The notes: generated by a model not told the origin, from the letters alone. A stretch of DNA of 64,000 bases from Candidatus Falkowbacteria bacterium HGW-Falkowbacteria-1 (GCA_002840305.1 PHAI01000001.1:112074-176073); one strand, 5' to 3'; positions 19,617 to 30,454 are shown, counted from the stretch's first letter. Translations and numbers: made by a program.

Positions 19617-20306
19617 ATGACTAATTTTTTTGTTTTGTCTTTGGGTGGGTCATTGGTTTCTTTGGCCGATGGTTTGAATATTGATTTTCTAAAAAAATTT
19701 AAAAAACTCATTGAAAAAAGAGTCGAAATGGGGGACAAATTCATTATTGTAGTTGGTGGTGGGTTTTTAGCCAGGGACTCAATCAAGGAGGCCTCAAGGC
19801 TTTCTAGTAATATTAGTTCTGACGAAAAAGATTGGATAGGAATATCGGCTACTCATTTAAATGCAAATATAGTTAAAGCTATTTTTGGTAATTTATCTCA
19901 TTTTAAACTAGTAGATAACCCTTATGTAAAGGTAAAAACCAAAAAACCACTTATTTTTTCAGGTGGTTATTTACCGGGGAATTCTTCCGATTTTGTTTCC
20001 GTGCTTTTGGCTAAAACTTATGGGGCAAAAGAGATTATAAATATGAGCAATATAGATTATGTTTATGATAAGGATCCGAAAAAATATCCAGAGGCGAAAA
20101 AGATAGAAAATATTTCTTGGCGCGAATTTTTATCAATAGTTGGCGACAAATGGGCGCCAGGACTTAATTCCCCTTTTGATCCGATTGCTTCCAAGCTCTG
20201 TAAAGCAGAAAAGAAAAAGGTAGTAGTTCTAAATGGTTCGAATATTGTAAATTTAAATAATTATTTTTTAAATAAAAAATTTAAGGGAACAGAAATATAT
20301 GATTAA
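19617..20306 (+). CDS. pyrH: UMP kinase, archaeal-type
   Basis: SLGGS, VVGGG, DWIGI, YDKDP, PFDPIAS. Confidence 0.9.
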   Translation: MTNFFVLSLGGSLVSLADGLNIDFLKKFKKLIEKRVEMGDKFIIVVGGGFLARDSIKEASRLSSNISSDEKDWIGISATHLNANIVKAIFGNLSHFKLVDNPYVKVKTKKPLIFSGGYLPGNSSDFVSVLLAKTYGAKEIINMSNIDYVYDKDPKKYPEAKKIENISWREFLSIVGDKWAPGLNSPFDPIASKLCKAEKKKVVVLNGSNIVNLNNYFLNKKFKGTEIYD

Positions 20307-20697
20307 TAAAAATACTAATTTTCAGGGAGACGGTAATTTTTCTTTAAATAATGGGTCTATAAAAAAAATAAGTAAAATTCCAAGAGATTTTTTCAAAGGT
20401 TTATTAGAGTTTCTTAAGGAATATTCTGTTATTGGTTTGGCAATTGGTGTTGTTGTTGGCCAGGCCTCTAAAGATTTGGTCGATTCGATGGTGAAAGGAA
20501 TTTTCATGCCGTTTATTGAGCTTTTGGTGTCTAAAAATAAGTTTGAAAATTTGGTGCTGACTTTTAACGGGGTTAATTTTGACATTGGGAAGGTTATTAG
20601 TTCTTTTTTAACATTTTTAATCATAATGATCCTGCTTTATTTTGTGGTTAAGAAAATAATGAAAAAAGATAAGTTGCTGCCGAAAGGCAAGGCCTAA
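20299..20697 (+). CDS. mscL: MscL-family mechanosensitive channel
   Basis: FLKEYSVIGLAIGVVVG...LVDSMVKGIFMP. Confidence 0.85.
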   Translation: MINKNTNFQGDGNFSLNNGSIKKISKIPRDFFKGLLEFLKEYSVIGLAIGVVVGQASKDLVDSMVKGIFMPFIELLVSKNKFENLVLTFNGVNFDIGKVISSFLTFLIIMILLYFVVKKIMKKDKLLPKGKA

Positions 20698-20713
20698 TAT
20701 TGGATATTTATTT

Positions 20714-21202
20714 ATGAATAAAGGAAACAAAATAGTATTAGGAATAGACCCTGGATTTGCTGATACCGGTTTTGGTGTTTTGGAGGTTGATGGATCAAAA
20801 ATAAAATGCTTGGAGTTCGGATCAATAAAAACAGCCCCTAAAGATATTTTTGTTGACAGATTAAAGAAAATAGATAAAGCTTTACAGGAGATAGTGAACA
20901 AATATAAACCGAGTTTAGTTTCGGTTGAAAAAATATTTTTTAATAACAATGCTAAAACTGCCTTGATGGTTGGGCATGCCAGGGGGGTTATTTTATTAAA
21001 TATATCCAAAAACAACATTCCAATAGTTGAGTTTACCCCTCTTCAGTTAAAGCAATCTATTTGTAATTATGGTCGAGCTGATAAAAATCAGATAAAAAAA
21101 ATGATAAAAATATTTTTAAATTTAAAAGAATTGCCAAAATCAGATGACGCTGCCGATGCCTTGGGCCTGGCGATTTGTGCTTTAAATTTTTTAAAGAAAT
21201 AG
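20714..21202 (+). CDS. ruvC: Holliday junction resolvase RuvC
   Basis: LGIDPG, VEKIFF, GHARG, DDAADAL. Confidence 0.97.
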   Translation: MNKGNKIVLGIDPGFADTGFGVLEVDGSKIKCLEFGSIKTAPKDIFVDRLKKIDKALQEIVNKYKPSLVSVEKIFFNNNAKTALMVGHARGVILLNISKNNIPIVEFTPLQLKQSICNYGRADKNQIKKMIKIFLNLKELPKSDDAADALGLAICALNFLKK

Positions 21203-21207
21203 AATCT

Positions 21208-22674
21208 ATGCCAAATAAAAAAATATCAGTGGTTCATGTTTCAGCCGAGGTGGCCCCATTTTCTAAAACTGGTGGCCTCGGAGACGTTGTTAAAAGTTTG
21301 CCAAAGGCTTTGTTTAAGGCTGGCCATGATATAAAAATTATCACTCCTCTTTACGGTCGAATAATTGATATTGAAAAATATAATTTAAAGTTAATTTTTA
21401 AAGATGTAAAGGTCATTGTCGATTCTGAAAATTCTGTAAAAGTTAATTTTTGGCAAGGGGAGTTGATTGAAGGCCTGCCAGTTTATTTTATAGAAAATAA
21501 AAAATATTTTTCTAAACATAAAAGAGTTTATGGTTCCGGGCAAGAAAACGTAAGGTTTTTAATTTTTAATGTAGCCGTTTTGAAATTATTAAACATTTTA
21601 GATTTAAGTCCGGATATAATTCATTGTCATGATTGGCACGCAGGTTTGATTCCTTATTATTTAAAAAGCAAATCTCGTTATACGAAAAACTTATCTAAAA
21701 CAAGAACAATTTTTACTATTCATAATCTTGCTTTTCAAATGGGAAAAAATTGGTTTAATATTCCTTTGGAAAAAAAGGATTATGGACGCAAAAAGTTGCC
21801 ATTGATAAATAATTCTGATATTGAGAATATTAACTTTGCGAAGAGGGCTATACTTTCGGCTGATATTGTCAATACAGTTAGTGAAAAATATCGCGAGGAA
21901 ATAATGACCAAAAAATTTGGGCAGGATTTAAATAGAATTTTGAAAAATAGAAGTAGACGTCTGTTTGGAATAGTCAATGGTATTGATTACAATTCTTATA
22001 ATCCCAGAAATGATTATGGTTTATTTAAGAATTTTGATGAAAAATCTCATTATCTAAAGTTAGAAAATAAAAAATATCTACAGAAAAAATTAGGATTAGC
22101 CATTAATGCCAACGCTCCAATGTTTTGTTCTACTTCCAGAATCACTCATCAAAAAGGCTTTGATTTAATTTTGAAATTATTACCATATTTGTTGAGAATG
22201 GATGTTCAAATTGTTTTCATGGGTGACGGAAGAAACGAGTACATAAAAGAAATACGAGGTTTTTGTAAAAAATTTCCAAAAAAAATAGCCTGGTTAGCTA
22301 TGGATCAAAAAAGAGAGACTCTTTTGTATGCCGCTTCTGATTTTTTTATATTGCCTTCTTATTATGAGCCTTGCGGAATAAATCAAATGATAGCTATGCG
22401 CTATGGATCTGTGCCTATAGTAAGAGAGACTGGCGGTCTTCATGATACTGTCAAAAATTTCAATCCAAACTCAGATACTGGTCTTGGTTTTACTTTTAAA
22501 TACGAAGATGAATTTTCTTTCTTTTGGGCGATAGTTAGAGCTTTAGAAAACTATAAATATAAAAATGTTTGGAATGAGCTCATTAAGAGAATTATGCTTC
22601 AGTCAAGTAACTGGGAGATTCCTGCTCAAAAATATGTTGAGCTTTATAAAAAGGCCATGAGAATTAAAGATTAA
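21208..22674 (+). CDS. glgA: Glycogen synthase (GT5)
   Basis: EVAPFSKTGGLGDV, HCHDWH, TIHNL, EPCGINQM. Confidence 0.95.
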   Translation: MPNKKISVVHVSAEVAPFSKTGGLGDVVKSLPKALFKAGHDIKIITPLYGRIIDIEKYNLKLIFKDVKVIVDSENSVKVNFWQGELIEGLPVYFIENKKYFSKHKRVYGSGQENVRFLIFNVAVLKLLNILDLSPDIIHCHDWHAGLIPYYLKSKSRYTKNLSKTRTIFTIHNLAFQMGKNWFNIPLEKKDYGRKKLPLINNSDIENINFAKRAILSADIVNTVSEKYREEIMTKKFGQDLNRILKNRSRRLFGIVNGIDYNSYNPRNDYGLFKNFDEKSHYLKLENKKYLQKKLGLAINANAPMFCSTSRITHQKGFDLILKLLPYLLRMDVQIVFMGDGRNEYIKEIRGFCKKFPKKIAWLAMDQKRETLLYAASDFFILPSYYEPCGINQMIAMRYGSVPIVRETGGLHDTVKNFNPNSDTGLGFTFKYEDEFSFFWAIVRALENYKYKNVWNELIKRIMLQSSNWEIPAQKYVELYKKAMRIKD

Positions 22675-22685
22675 ATTTAAAAAAC

Positions 22686-23855
22686 ATGCTGTGGATAAAT
22701 TTTCTTCATTTGTATCAGCCGGCAAATTCTGACGCTTATAAAATAAAAGAGGCCGTTGATTTGAGTTATCAAAGAGTAGTAAGTGCTTTAGAAAAAAATC
22801 CAAATACAAAATTTACTTTAAATATTTCTGGTTGTTTAGTATTGAGATTGTCAGAATTGAAATATTCTAACCTAATAAATAGAATAAACAAATTAATAGA
22901 AAAAAAACAAATAGAGTTGACTGGGTCAGCCGCCTATCATCCATTGCTACCCTTAATCAAGGAAGAAGAGGTTGTTTGTCAAATAAAGGAGAATGAAAAG
23001 ATTATGAAAGAATATTTTCCCAAGGCTGTTTTGAGGGGGTTCTTTTTACCAGAGATGGCTTACGGCCTAAAAGTTGCTAAAATTATCAAGAAGCTGGGAT
23101 ATGAATGGCTTGTGCTTGATGAAATATCGCTTGGTTCCAAAAATATTTTAAATTTTAGAGATATTTATAAAGACAAGGGGAGTGGTTTAAAAATTATTTT
23201 TAGATCAAGAGAATTTTCGAATTGCTATGTGCCAGATAAACTAAGTATTTTTATTAAAAAGAGCAAAAAAGAACAAAATGGAAAAGTTATTATAAGCGCT
23301 ACGGATGGAGAATTGTACGGGCTTAGACATAATGATCCTAGTAAAAAATTTGAAAATATTTTGACAAATAGTAAGATTGAAACAATTTTGGTGTCTGAAT
23401 ATATAAAAAGAAAAAGGACAAAAGAAGTGAAGATTAGAAACAGCAATTGGGAATCAACCGAAAAATATCTTAAGAATAATGAGCCGTATCATCTTTGGTA
23501 TGATAGAAATAATAAAGTTCATCTAAAATTGTGGGAATTTGTTTCCTTGGTAGATGAAATTATTGTTAAATACAAAAATGATGATAATCATAAATGGGCT
23601 AGGTGGCATTTTGTTAGAGGTTTGGCCAGTTGTACTTTTTGGTGGGCCAGTGGAAAGGATTTTGAACATAATTTTGGACCTACGGCCTGGAATCCGGATG
23701 AAATAGAGCGAGGCGCCAATGAATTTATCAGAGCTGTTAGATCTTTGGAATATTCAAGCAAAAAGAGTGAAAAAATAAAAGCGGAGCTCTTATTTATAAG
23801 TATAAAAAAGATAATTTGGACCAAGCATTGGTCTTATCATCAAAGTATTAAATAA
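22686..23855 (+). CDS. Glycoside hydrolase family 57
   Basis: HLYQP, YHPLLP, FLPEMAY (Glu), TDGELYG (Asp). Confidence 0.88.
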   Translation: MLWINFLHLYQPANSDAYKIKEAVDLSYQRVVSALEKNPNTKFTLNISGCLVLRLSELKYSNLINRINKLIEKKQIELTGSAAYHPLLPLIKEEEVVCQIKENEKIMKEYFPKAVLRGFFLPEMAYGLKVAKIIKKLGYEWLVLDEISLGSKNILNFRDIYKDKGSGLKIIFRSREFSNCYVPDKLSIFIKKSKKEQNGKVIISATDGELYGLRHNDPSKKFENILTNSKIETILVSEYIKRKRTKEVKIRNSNWESTEKYLKNNEPYHLWYDRNNKVHLKLWEFVSLVDEIIVKYKNDDNHKWARWHFVRGLASCTFWWASGKDFEHNFGPTAWNPDEIERGANEFIRAVRSLEYSSKKSEKIKAELLFISIKKIIWTKHWSYHQSIK

Positions 23856-23862
23856 ATTTTGT

Positions 23863-24900
23863 ATGGAAAAAATAGAAAAGTTGCTTGATCATAGATATGT
23901 TTTAGATTTTTTTAACAAAAGAGTTTTGCCTTTATACCCTGATTTTGGAAAGATTAAAAAAATTAAAATAATACCGCATAAAAAATTTATCTGGACTGGA
24001 ACGTATCACGTCGTTCTTGAATTTAGAGTTTTTTTTCCCGTGAAGGTGAGTAATGGTTCAAAGAAGAAGATAAAACAATTTTCCTTTTTTTGCACGGCCC
24101 ACTCTAGTGAACCGAGAAAAAATGTTTATGATATTTTAAACTATCTTTGGTCCAATGGTTTTTCTAAGGGATTTTTAACAATTCCAAAACCGATACTATA
24201 TTCTAAATATTTTAATGCTTCTTTTTATAGAGGTGTGAAGGGAGACAGTTTATTGGAGTTTATAAAAGAAAAGAATAAACCAGAAATTGAGAAAATAGTA
24301 AAAAAGACAGCTGAATGGTTATCAAAACTTCATAAAATTGCCGAGCCCAAGGACATTAATTTAAATAAAAATAATAAAAAAATAAAAACCGTGGTTCCTG
24401 GGTATAAAAAAATAATTAAAGATATTGAAGATAAGTATGGCGGAAAATACACTCATGATCTAAGGAAGATTTATGATTGTTTGATAGACCTAGAGGAAGA
24501 CTTTTTCAAACTTACTGACAAAAGATGGCTTATCCACGGTGATGTTCATCCAGATAATATTATAAAAATTAGCAAAGACAAGATGGCCATGATTGATTTT
24601 ACCGATATTTGTCTTTCTGATTTTGCTAGAGACCTGGGGACATTTTTACAACAACTTGAATACAAGTTAAAAAGAAATAATTATTCTGGCAGCTATATTA
24701 AAAAAATTCATGATATTTTTCTTAGCAATTATTGTAAAAAAGCCAGAATCAAGTATAATATAAGATTGAGAGAGAGAATAAAGCTATATTACTATTGGAC
24801 AGCCATAAGAACCGCTGTCTATTGGCTTACTAAGCATAATCCGGACCCAGAAAGATCAGAACCGTTGATTTTAGAGGTGAAAAAGAAGTTAAAAATATAA
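23863..24900 (+). CDS. APH/choline-kinase-family phosphotransferase
   Basis: LSKLH, IHGDVHPDNI, IDF, ARDLG. Confidence 0.85.
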   Translation: MEKIEKLLDHRYVLDFFNKRVLPLYPDFGKIKKIKIIPHKKFIWTGTYHVVLEFRVFFPVKVSNGSKKKIKQFSFFCTAHSSEPRKNVYDILNYLWSNGFSKGFLTIPKPILYSKYFNASFYRGVKGDSLLEFIKEKNKPEIEKIVKKTAEWLSKLHKIAEPKDINLNKNNKKIKTVVPGYKKIIKDIEDKYGGKYTHDLRKIYDCLIDLEEDFFKLTDKRWLIHGDVHPDNIIKISKDKMAMIDFTDICLSDFARDLGTFLQQLEYKLKRNNYSGSYIKKIHDIFLSNYCKKARIKYNIRLRERIKLYYYWTAIRTAVYWLTKHNPDPERSEPLILEVKKKLKI

Positions 24901-24903
24901 CAT

Positions 24904-25785
24904 ATGATTATCGATTTGCAATTTCACTCAGTTTATTCAGACGGGTACTTGAATCCTAAGGACCTGGCCAGGTTTGTCGCGTCCAGAAATGTTAAGGTGG
25001 CGGCGCTGACTGATCATAATACTTTGGCCGGGATTAATGAATTTAAAGAACATTGTCAGAGATATAATATTAAAGTTATCAACGGCTTGGAGCTATATTG
25101 TAGATATAAACGAAAGACAATAAATATTTTATGGTATAATTTTGATGATAAAAATGAAAAACTTTTGGGTATTTTAGAGGAAACAAGAAAAAGACGGTAT
25201 TTAATGGTGAAAAAAGCTTTGTTGAGATTAAAAAAAAGGGGATTTAGATTGAATGTTGATGAAATATTGAGTGAATTTAAACACTATATACCCATAAATC
25301 GTTTGGCCGAGAAAATAACCAAGAATCATTTTAATTATAGTAAGATTTTTAAAGAAGTTAGAATAAAAAACAAGTTTGTCAAAACATTGAGAGAGGAAGA
25401 TATTTTGGGTGTGTTATTTTTTAATAAAAAGAGTGACAGATTAAACGAGTCCTATATAAATGTTGAGAGAGTTGTTGAATTAAAGAAAGAAATTGGAGGA
25501 CAATTAATTTTTTGTCACCCAGGTAAATATAATAAATACGCTGGTGATATTATATTAAAATTACGAGATATGGGAGTTGACGGCCTTGAGGTATTGTCAC
25601 CCCATCACACAGTTGGAGCAGTAATGCACGCTCAGTTTTTGGCAGAGACATTAGATATGATTGCTAGCGGAGGATCAGACTTTCATCGTTTTGAAGAAGG
25701 AGAAAATTTTAAAATAAGAAGTTTCGATGATTGGTTTAAAATAGATAGCAAATACTTAAGAAGAATAAAAGAAATAATATCATAA
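24904..25785 (+). CDS. PHP-domain phosphoesterase
   Basis: DLQFHSVYSDG, TDHNT, GLE, CHP, GGSDFH. Confidence 0.88.
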   Translation: MIIDLQFHSVYSDGYLNPKDLARFVASRNVKVAALTDHNTLAGINEFKEHCQRYNIKVINGLELYCRYKRKTINILWYNFDDKNEKLLGILEETRKRRYLMVKKALLRLKKRGFRLNVDEILSEFKHYIPINRLAEKITKNHFNYSKIFKEVRIKNKFVKTLREEDILGVLFFNKKSDRLNESYINVERVVELKKEIGGQLIFCHPGKYNKYAGDIILKLRDMGVDGLEVLSPHHTVGAVMHAQFLAETLDMIASGGSDFHRFEEGENFKIRSFDDWFKIDSKYLRRIKEIIS

Positions 25786-25790
25786 TAAAT

Positions 25791-28241
25791 ATGGGCGCTG
25801 AAAAAAATAAGAAAATTAAAGACAGTAAAGATATTTCAGAAAACAAGATTAAGATTAGTATAATCTCCATGGTGATATTTGTTTTTGGTTTGATAAGCTT
25901 TTTGTCTTTATTTTCTTTGTCTGGGAATTTTGGTCTATTTTTAAGTAAACTTTTATCTTTGGGGTTTGGCTGGGGTAAGTGGTTTTTCCCAGTTTTGCTA
26001 ATAGTTTTGAGTATTGCTTTATACAAAAGAAAGTTATTTTTTTCTAAAAAAATTAATTACCTTGCTTTGTTTTTGTGTTTTTTCCTTTGGCCACTTTTGT
26101 TTCACTTTTTCTTTTCTCAGAATCTAGCTAAATTAAAAGCCTCGGAAGGGCTAGGCGGTGGTTATTTGGGCTTCTATTTTTCTTTGTTTCTAAAAAATAT
26201 TTTAGGTTTTTGGGGTGGGTTAGTTTTAATTTTTGCCTTGTTTCTTTTGTCTTTTATTTTAATGTTTAATATTACCTTGTCGGACTTGGTTGGCTCGAAC
26301 AGCCACTTGATAATGTTTTTTAAGAAGGTATCTTCTTTTTTTGGTAACAAAAAACAAGGAGAAGGGGATGAAGAAACGGGAGAAGAAGAGTATGAAGATG
26401 ATGATGAAGACGATGATGAAGACGATGACGAAGAAATTGATGAAAAAATTTTTAATAAAATTTCTGCAGTCCCAGAAAAGAAAAAAGAAGATGATTTGTT
26501 TTTTGCCAGAAAAAAAATAGGCAGTGACGATATTGAAAAAAATAAAAAGCAAGGAGAGTTAAAAATAAATTGGAAGACTAAAAAAGTTAAGATTGATTTA
26601 CCCCTTGAATTATTAAGTGGTGAAATCGGCAAAGCGACTAGTGGTGATATAAAAAGCAATATTTTGATCATTCAAAGAACTTTGGAAAACTTTGGTATTT
26701 CGGTTGAGATGGGAGAAGTTAATGTTGGGCCAACCGTAACTCAATATACGTTTAAACCGTCAGAGGGAGTCAAACTTTCAAAGATAACAACCCTTAGTAA
26801 TGATTTATCTTTGGCTTTAGCGGCTCATCCGATTAGAATCGAAGCACCGATACCTGGCAAATCTTTGGTTGGGATTGAAGTTCCTAATAAATCTAAAGCA
26901 ATCGTTGGTTTGAGGGAAATTCTAGAAGATAGAGACTTCAAAACTAGAACCAGCAATTTAATGGCCGCCCTAGGTAAAGATGTTTCGGGCAAAAACATTG
27001 TTTATGATATTGCCAAGATGCCTCACTTGCTAGTTGCTGGGGCTACAAATTCGGGGAAATCAGTTTGTCTAAATGCTATTATTATTGGCTTGCTTTATCA
27101 AAATAATCCGGAAGATCTTAGATTTATTATGGTTGACCCTAAAAGAGTGGAACTGCCATCTTATAACAATATTCCTCATCTTTTAACGCCCGTTATAACT
27201 GATGTTAATAAAACGGTTAATGCTTTGAGATGGTGTTTAAATGAAATGGATAGGCGCTATGAAATTTTGAATCAGGCCGGTAAAAAGAACATACAAAGTT
27301 ACAACGAACTAAGTAAAGAAAAAATGCCCTTTATAGTTTTTGTTATTGACGAATTAGCCGATTTGATGATCTCGGCCGCCAAAGAAATAGAGAGCAGTGT
27401 TATTCGTTTAACGCAAATGTCTCGAGCTGTTGGAATCCACTTGATTTTAGCAACTCAAAGACCGAGCGTTGATGTTATAACCGGTTTAATTAAAGCCAAT
27501 ACTCCTTCCAGGATAGCCTTCTCAGTGGCTTCGGTGGTAGATTCGAGAACTATTTTGGATTCATCTGGAGCTGAAAAACTTTTAGGCAAAGGAGATATGC
27601 TTTTTAGTACAGCTGAGTTGTCCAAACCAAAAAGAATACAGGGCGCTTATTTAAGTGATCAAGAAATTTTGTCAATTGTTGGCTATATAAAAGAAAAATA
27701 TGGCACCGCTGATTATTTGGAGGGAATAGTTGAGAGACAAAAGGTCAGCGGTATGGGTGGCGTTGGGCTTGATGGCAATTTTGGTGATGAAGATGAGCTT
27801 TTAGAAGAGGCAAAGGAGGTCATAGTTAACGCCGGCAAAGCATCAACTTCATTGCTTCAAAGAAGGCTCAGAATAGGATACTCTAGAGCTGCTAGCATTT
27901 TAGACATGCTGGAAGATTCAGGAATAATTGGCCCTTCAAACGGTTCTAAGGCTCGTGAAATACTTATATCTAGAGAGCAATTTCAAGGTCCTGCAAGTAA
28001 TGCATTTCCTTCAGCTGGAATTCATAATAAGGCGGAAAGCAAAGCCCCTGATCATTATTTATATGAAGAAGAAGAAAGTCCTTTGATTTTTAGTGACGAT
28101 ACTAGCGAGAAAGTTGAGAACGTAATTGCAGAAGTCGAGGAAGACTCTGACATTGAAGACGGCGAAGTAAAGAATAAAAGTGATATTAAAAAAGAAAAAG
28201 ATAAATCAGATGATGATTTTGGTTTATATTTTTCCAAATAA
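25791..28241 (+). CDS. ftsK: DNA translocase FtsK/SpoIIIE
   Basis: 4TM N-terminus, AGATNSGKS, DELADLM, ATQRPS, gamma domain LQRRLRIGYSRA. Confidence 0.96.
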   Translation: MGAEKNKKIKDSKDISENKIKISIISMVIFVFGLISFLSLFSLSGNFGLFLSKLLSLGFGWGKWFFPVLLIVLSIALYKRKLFFSKKINYLALFLCFFLWPLLFHFFFSQNLAKLKASEGLGGGYLGFYFSLFLKNILGFWGGLVLIFALFLLSFILMFNITLSDLVGSNSHLIMFFKKVSSFFGNKKQGEGDEETGEEEYEDDDEDDDEDDDEEIDEKIFNKISAVPEKKKEDDLFFARKKIGSDDIEKNKKQGELKINWKTKKVKIDLPLELLSGEIGKATSGDIKSNILIIQRTLENFGISVEMGEVNVGPTVTQYTFKPSEGVKLSKITTLSNDLSLALAAHPIRIEAPIPGKSLVGIEVPNKSKAIVGLREILEDRDFKTRTSNLMAALGKDVSGKNIVYDIAKMPHLLVAGATNSGKSVCLNAIIIGLLYQNNPEDLRFIMVDPKRVELPSYNNIPHLLTPVITDVNKTVNALRWCLNEMDRRYEILNQAGKKNIQSYNELSKEKMPFIVFVIDELADLMISAAKEIESSVIRLTQMSRAVGIHLILATQRPSVDVITGLIKANTPSRIAFSVASVVDSRTILDSSGAEKLLGKGDMLFSTAELSKPKRIQGAYLSDQEILSIVGYIKEKYGTADYLEGIVERQKVSGMGGVGLDGNFGDEDELLEEAKEVIVNAGKASTSLLQRRLRIGYSRAASILDMLEDSGIIGPSNGSKAREILISREQFQGPASNAFPSAGIHNKAESKAPDHYLYEEEESPLIFSDDTSEKVENVIAEVEEDSDIEDGEVKNKSDIKKEKDKSDDDFGLYFSK

Positions 28242-28250
28242 GTTTATTTT

Positions 28251-29690
28251 ATGAATATGTTTTCGTCTTTTATAAAAAAAATAATCCCCAAATCATTTTT
28301 AAATAGATTCAGGCCAATCTATCATTATCTTTTTTCATTTTTGGCTCATGTTTTTTACGGCAAGGCTAGTAATAAAATTATAGTTATCGGTGTAACAGGA
28401 ACATCGGGCAAGACCAGTTCTGTTTATTTAATGGCCAAAACTTTAAATAATGCTGGATATAAAACGGGATATACCTCCACGGCCATGTTTAGTGATGGAA
28501 ATAATGAATGGTTGAATAACAAGAAAATGACCATGCTCGGCAAGTTTTTTACTCAAAAGATGTTGAACAAAATGGTTAAAAATAAATGTGTGTATGCTGT
28601 GATAGAAACAACATCAGAGGGTATTAAACAATTCAGACATCGATTTATTAATTACGATGTAGTTTGCTTTACTAGTTTATACCCAGAGCATATAGAGTCT
28701 CATGGTAGCTTTGAAAACTATAAACAGGCTAAGGCCAAGCTTTTTTCCCATTTGAAGAATTGCAAGACAAAATATGTTGACGGAAACAAGAGGGTTGTTA
28801 AAATAAAAACTAATTTATCAAAGATAAATTTTAATAAAGTAAAGAAAACTATAATCGTAAACGGAGACGACGAACATTCATTTTTCTTTTCTGGTTTTTG
28901 GGCCGAAGAAAAATTGTTTTATTATAAGGGAGATTTCGCGGATAAAGACGAGAACGTTATTTTTTATAATAATATTTTGGTTGATAAAAATGAAATTTCG
29001 TTTGACGTTTTATTTAAACAAAAATTATCAAGCGATAATGGTATGACAAACAAGAGGGTTTCTTTATCACTTTTAGGAGAATTTAACGTGTTAAATTCTA
29101 TGCCCCTCTTGGCCTTGTCGGTAAATCAAGAAATAAACCTGGACTTGATTTTAGATAAATTAAAGGAAATAAAGAATATCCCCGGAAGATTGGAAATTGT
29201 AGATGCAGGGCAAAAGTTTCTGGCCATCGTTGATTATGCTTATGAACCGGTAGCTATGAAAAAACTTTATAACACTATTGATTTTATAAGAGAAAATAGA
29301 AAGGAAAAGGGAAAAATAATTCATATTCTTGGTTCGACTGGTGGCGGTAGAGATAAGAGTCGACGCTTTACTTTGGGGGAGATAGCGGGAGAAAAGGCTG
29401 ATTTTGTTATTATTAGTAACGAGGATCCTTATGACGAAAATCCTTTGGATATTATAAATCAGGTTGCATCCGGTTCTAAGGCTGTTGGGAAAATAGAGGG
29501 TGAAAATTTATTTAGAGTTTTAGATAGAAGAGAGGCTATAAAAAAATCACTAAGTTTAGTCGGCGATAACGATATCGTTCTTTTAACTGGCAAAGGAAGC
29601 GAACAAGCAATTTGTGTTGCTGGTGGGAAAAAGATTAAATGGGACGACAGAGTCGTTTTGAGAGGAGAAATTATTAACAAAGTTGTTTAA
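28251..29690 (+). CDS. murE: Mur ligase, MurE-like
   Basis: GVTGTSGKTS, PGRLE, VDYAY, GGGRD, EDPYDE, GKGSE. Confidence 0.85.
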   Translation: MNMFSSFIKKIIPKSFLNRFRPIYHYLFSFLAHVFYGKASNKIIVIGVTGTSGKTSSVYLMAKTLNNAGYKTGYTSTAMFSDGNNEWLNNKKMTMLGKFFTQKMLNKMVKNKCVYAVIETTSEGIKQFRHRFINYDVVCFTSLYPEHIESHGSFENYKQAKAKLFSHLKNCKTKYVDGNKRVVKIKTNLSKINFNKVKKTIIVNGDDEHSFFFSGFWAEEKLFYYKGDFADKDENVIFYNNILVDKNEISFDVLFKQKLSSDNGMTNKRVSLSLLGEFNVLNSMPLLALSVNQEINLDLILDKLKEIKNIPGRLEIVDAGQKFLAIVDYAYEPVAMKKLYNTIDFIRENRKEKGKIIHILGSTGGGRDKSRRFTLGEIAGEKADFVIISNEDPYDENPLDIINQVASGSKAVGKIEGENLFRVLDRREAIKKSLSLVGDNDIVLLTGKGSEQAICVAGGKKIKWDDRVVLRGEIINKVV

Positions 29691-29847
29691 TTTTTTAAGG
29701 ATTAATTCTCCCTATATCGCGGATATTGACCGAAATGACTTATTGGTATATAATATAGATATAATAATATAAGTTTATTTATTATAATTTTATCGTGACT
29801 ATAGCTCGTTTTTTGATGATCTATATTTGCGAACTTTTAAAAAATTT

Positions 29848-30312
29848 ATGACAAAACAAAAGAAAGGTTTTACCTTGATTGAGTTGTTAGTAGTTATTGC
29901 CATTATTGGTATCTTGGCTACTTTAGCTGTTGTAGCATTACAACAAGCTAGAAAGAATGCTAGAGACGCAAAAAGAATTGCAGACGTTCGTCAAATGCAA
30001 ACTGCATTGGAATTGTATTTCAATGATAATCAGTTTTACCCTCCGACAGATGAGATTGCCGCTGGTGGTGAAATCGCTACTAATGGAGTAACTTATATGA
30101 ACATCGTTCCTACAGCCCCTACACCGGCTGATGGTACTTGTGACGCTGGTACAAACGCTTATACTTACACAGGCACCGGAACAGCAGTTGGCGATGCTTG
30201 GGGAAGTTATACTGTTGATTTTTGTTTAGGTGGTCAAACTGGTGGTCTTGCAGCAGGTGAAAAATGTGCTACACCTGGTGGAATCATCGATGATGCTTGT
30301 GAAAATCTATAG
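29848..30312 (+). CDS. Type IV pilin (candidate major pilin)
   Basis: KG|[13 protein letters not shown]; own promoter (TTGACC...TATAAT ~29727-29755) and terminator. Confidence 0.9.
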   Translation: MTKQKKGFTLIELLVVIAIIGILATLAVVALQQARKNARDAKRIADVRQMQTALELYFNDNQFYPPTDEIAAGGEIATNGVTYMNIVPTAPTPADGTCDAGTNAYTYTGTGTAVGDAWGSYTVDFCLGGQTGGLAAGEKCATPGGIIDDACENL

Positions 30313-30335
30313 TAAATAGTTAGCTCAAAGAAATA

Positions 30336-30367
30336 AAAAAAATAAGCCCTTTCGGGCTTATTTTTTT
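30336..30367. terminator. Bidirectional terminator between pilin and tRNAs
   Basis: A-run-TAAGCCC-TTTC-GGGCTTA-T-run. Confidence 0.85.
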
Positions 30368-30368
30368 G

Positions 30369-30441
30369 TGCGCCGTGTCGGATTCGAACCGACGACCATC
30401 TCCTTAAGAGGGAGCCGCTCTACCAGCTGAGCTAACAGCGC
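30369..30441 (-). tRNA. tRNA-Lys(CUU)
   Basis: Anticodon loop CTCTTAA, GGTTCGAATCC on minus strand. Confidence 0.95.
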
Positions 30442-30454
30442 GTTTTTTTATTTC

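Noticed and set aside
26394-26435. GATGATGAAGAC-type tandem repeat in ftsK
   Set aside because: Ordinary acidic low-complexity linker
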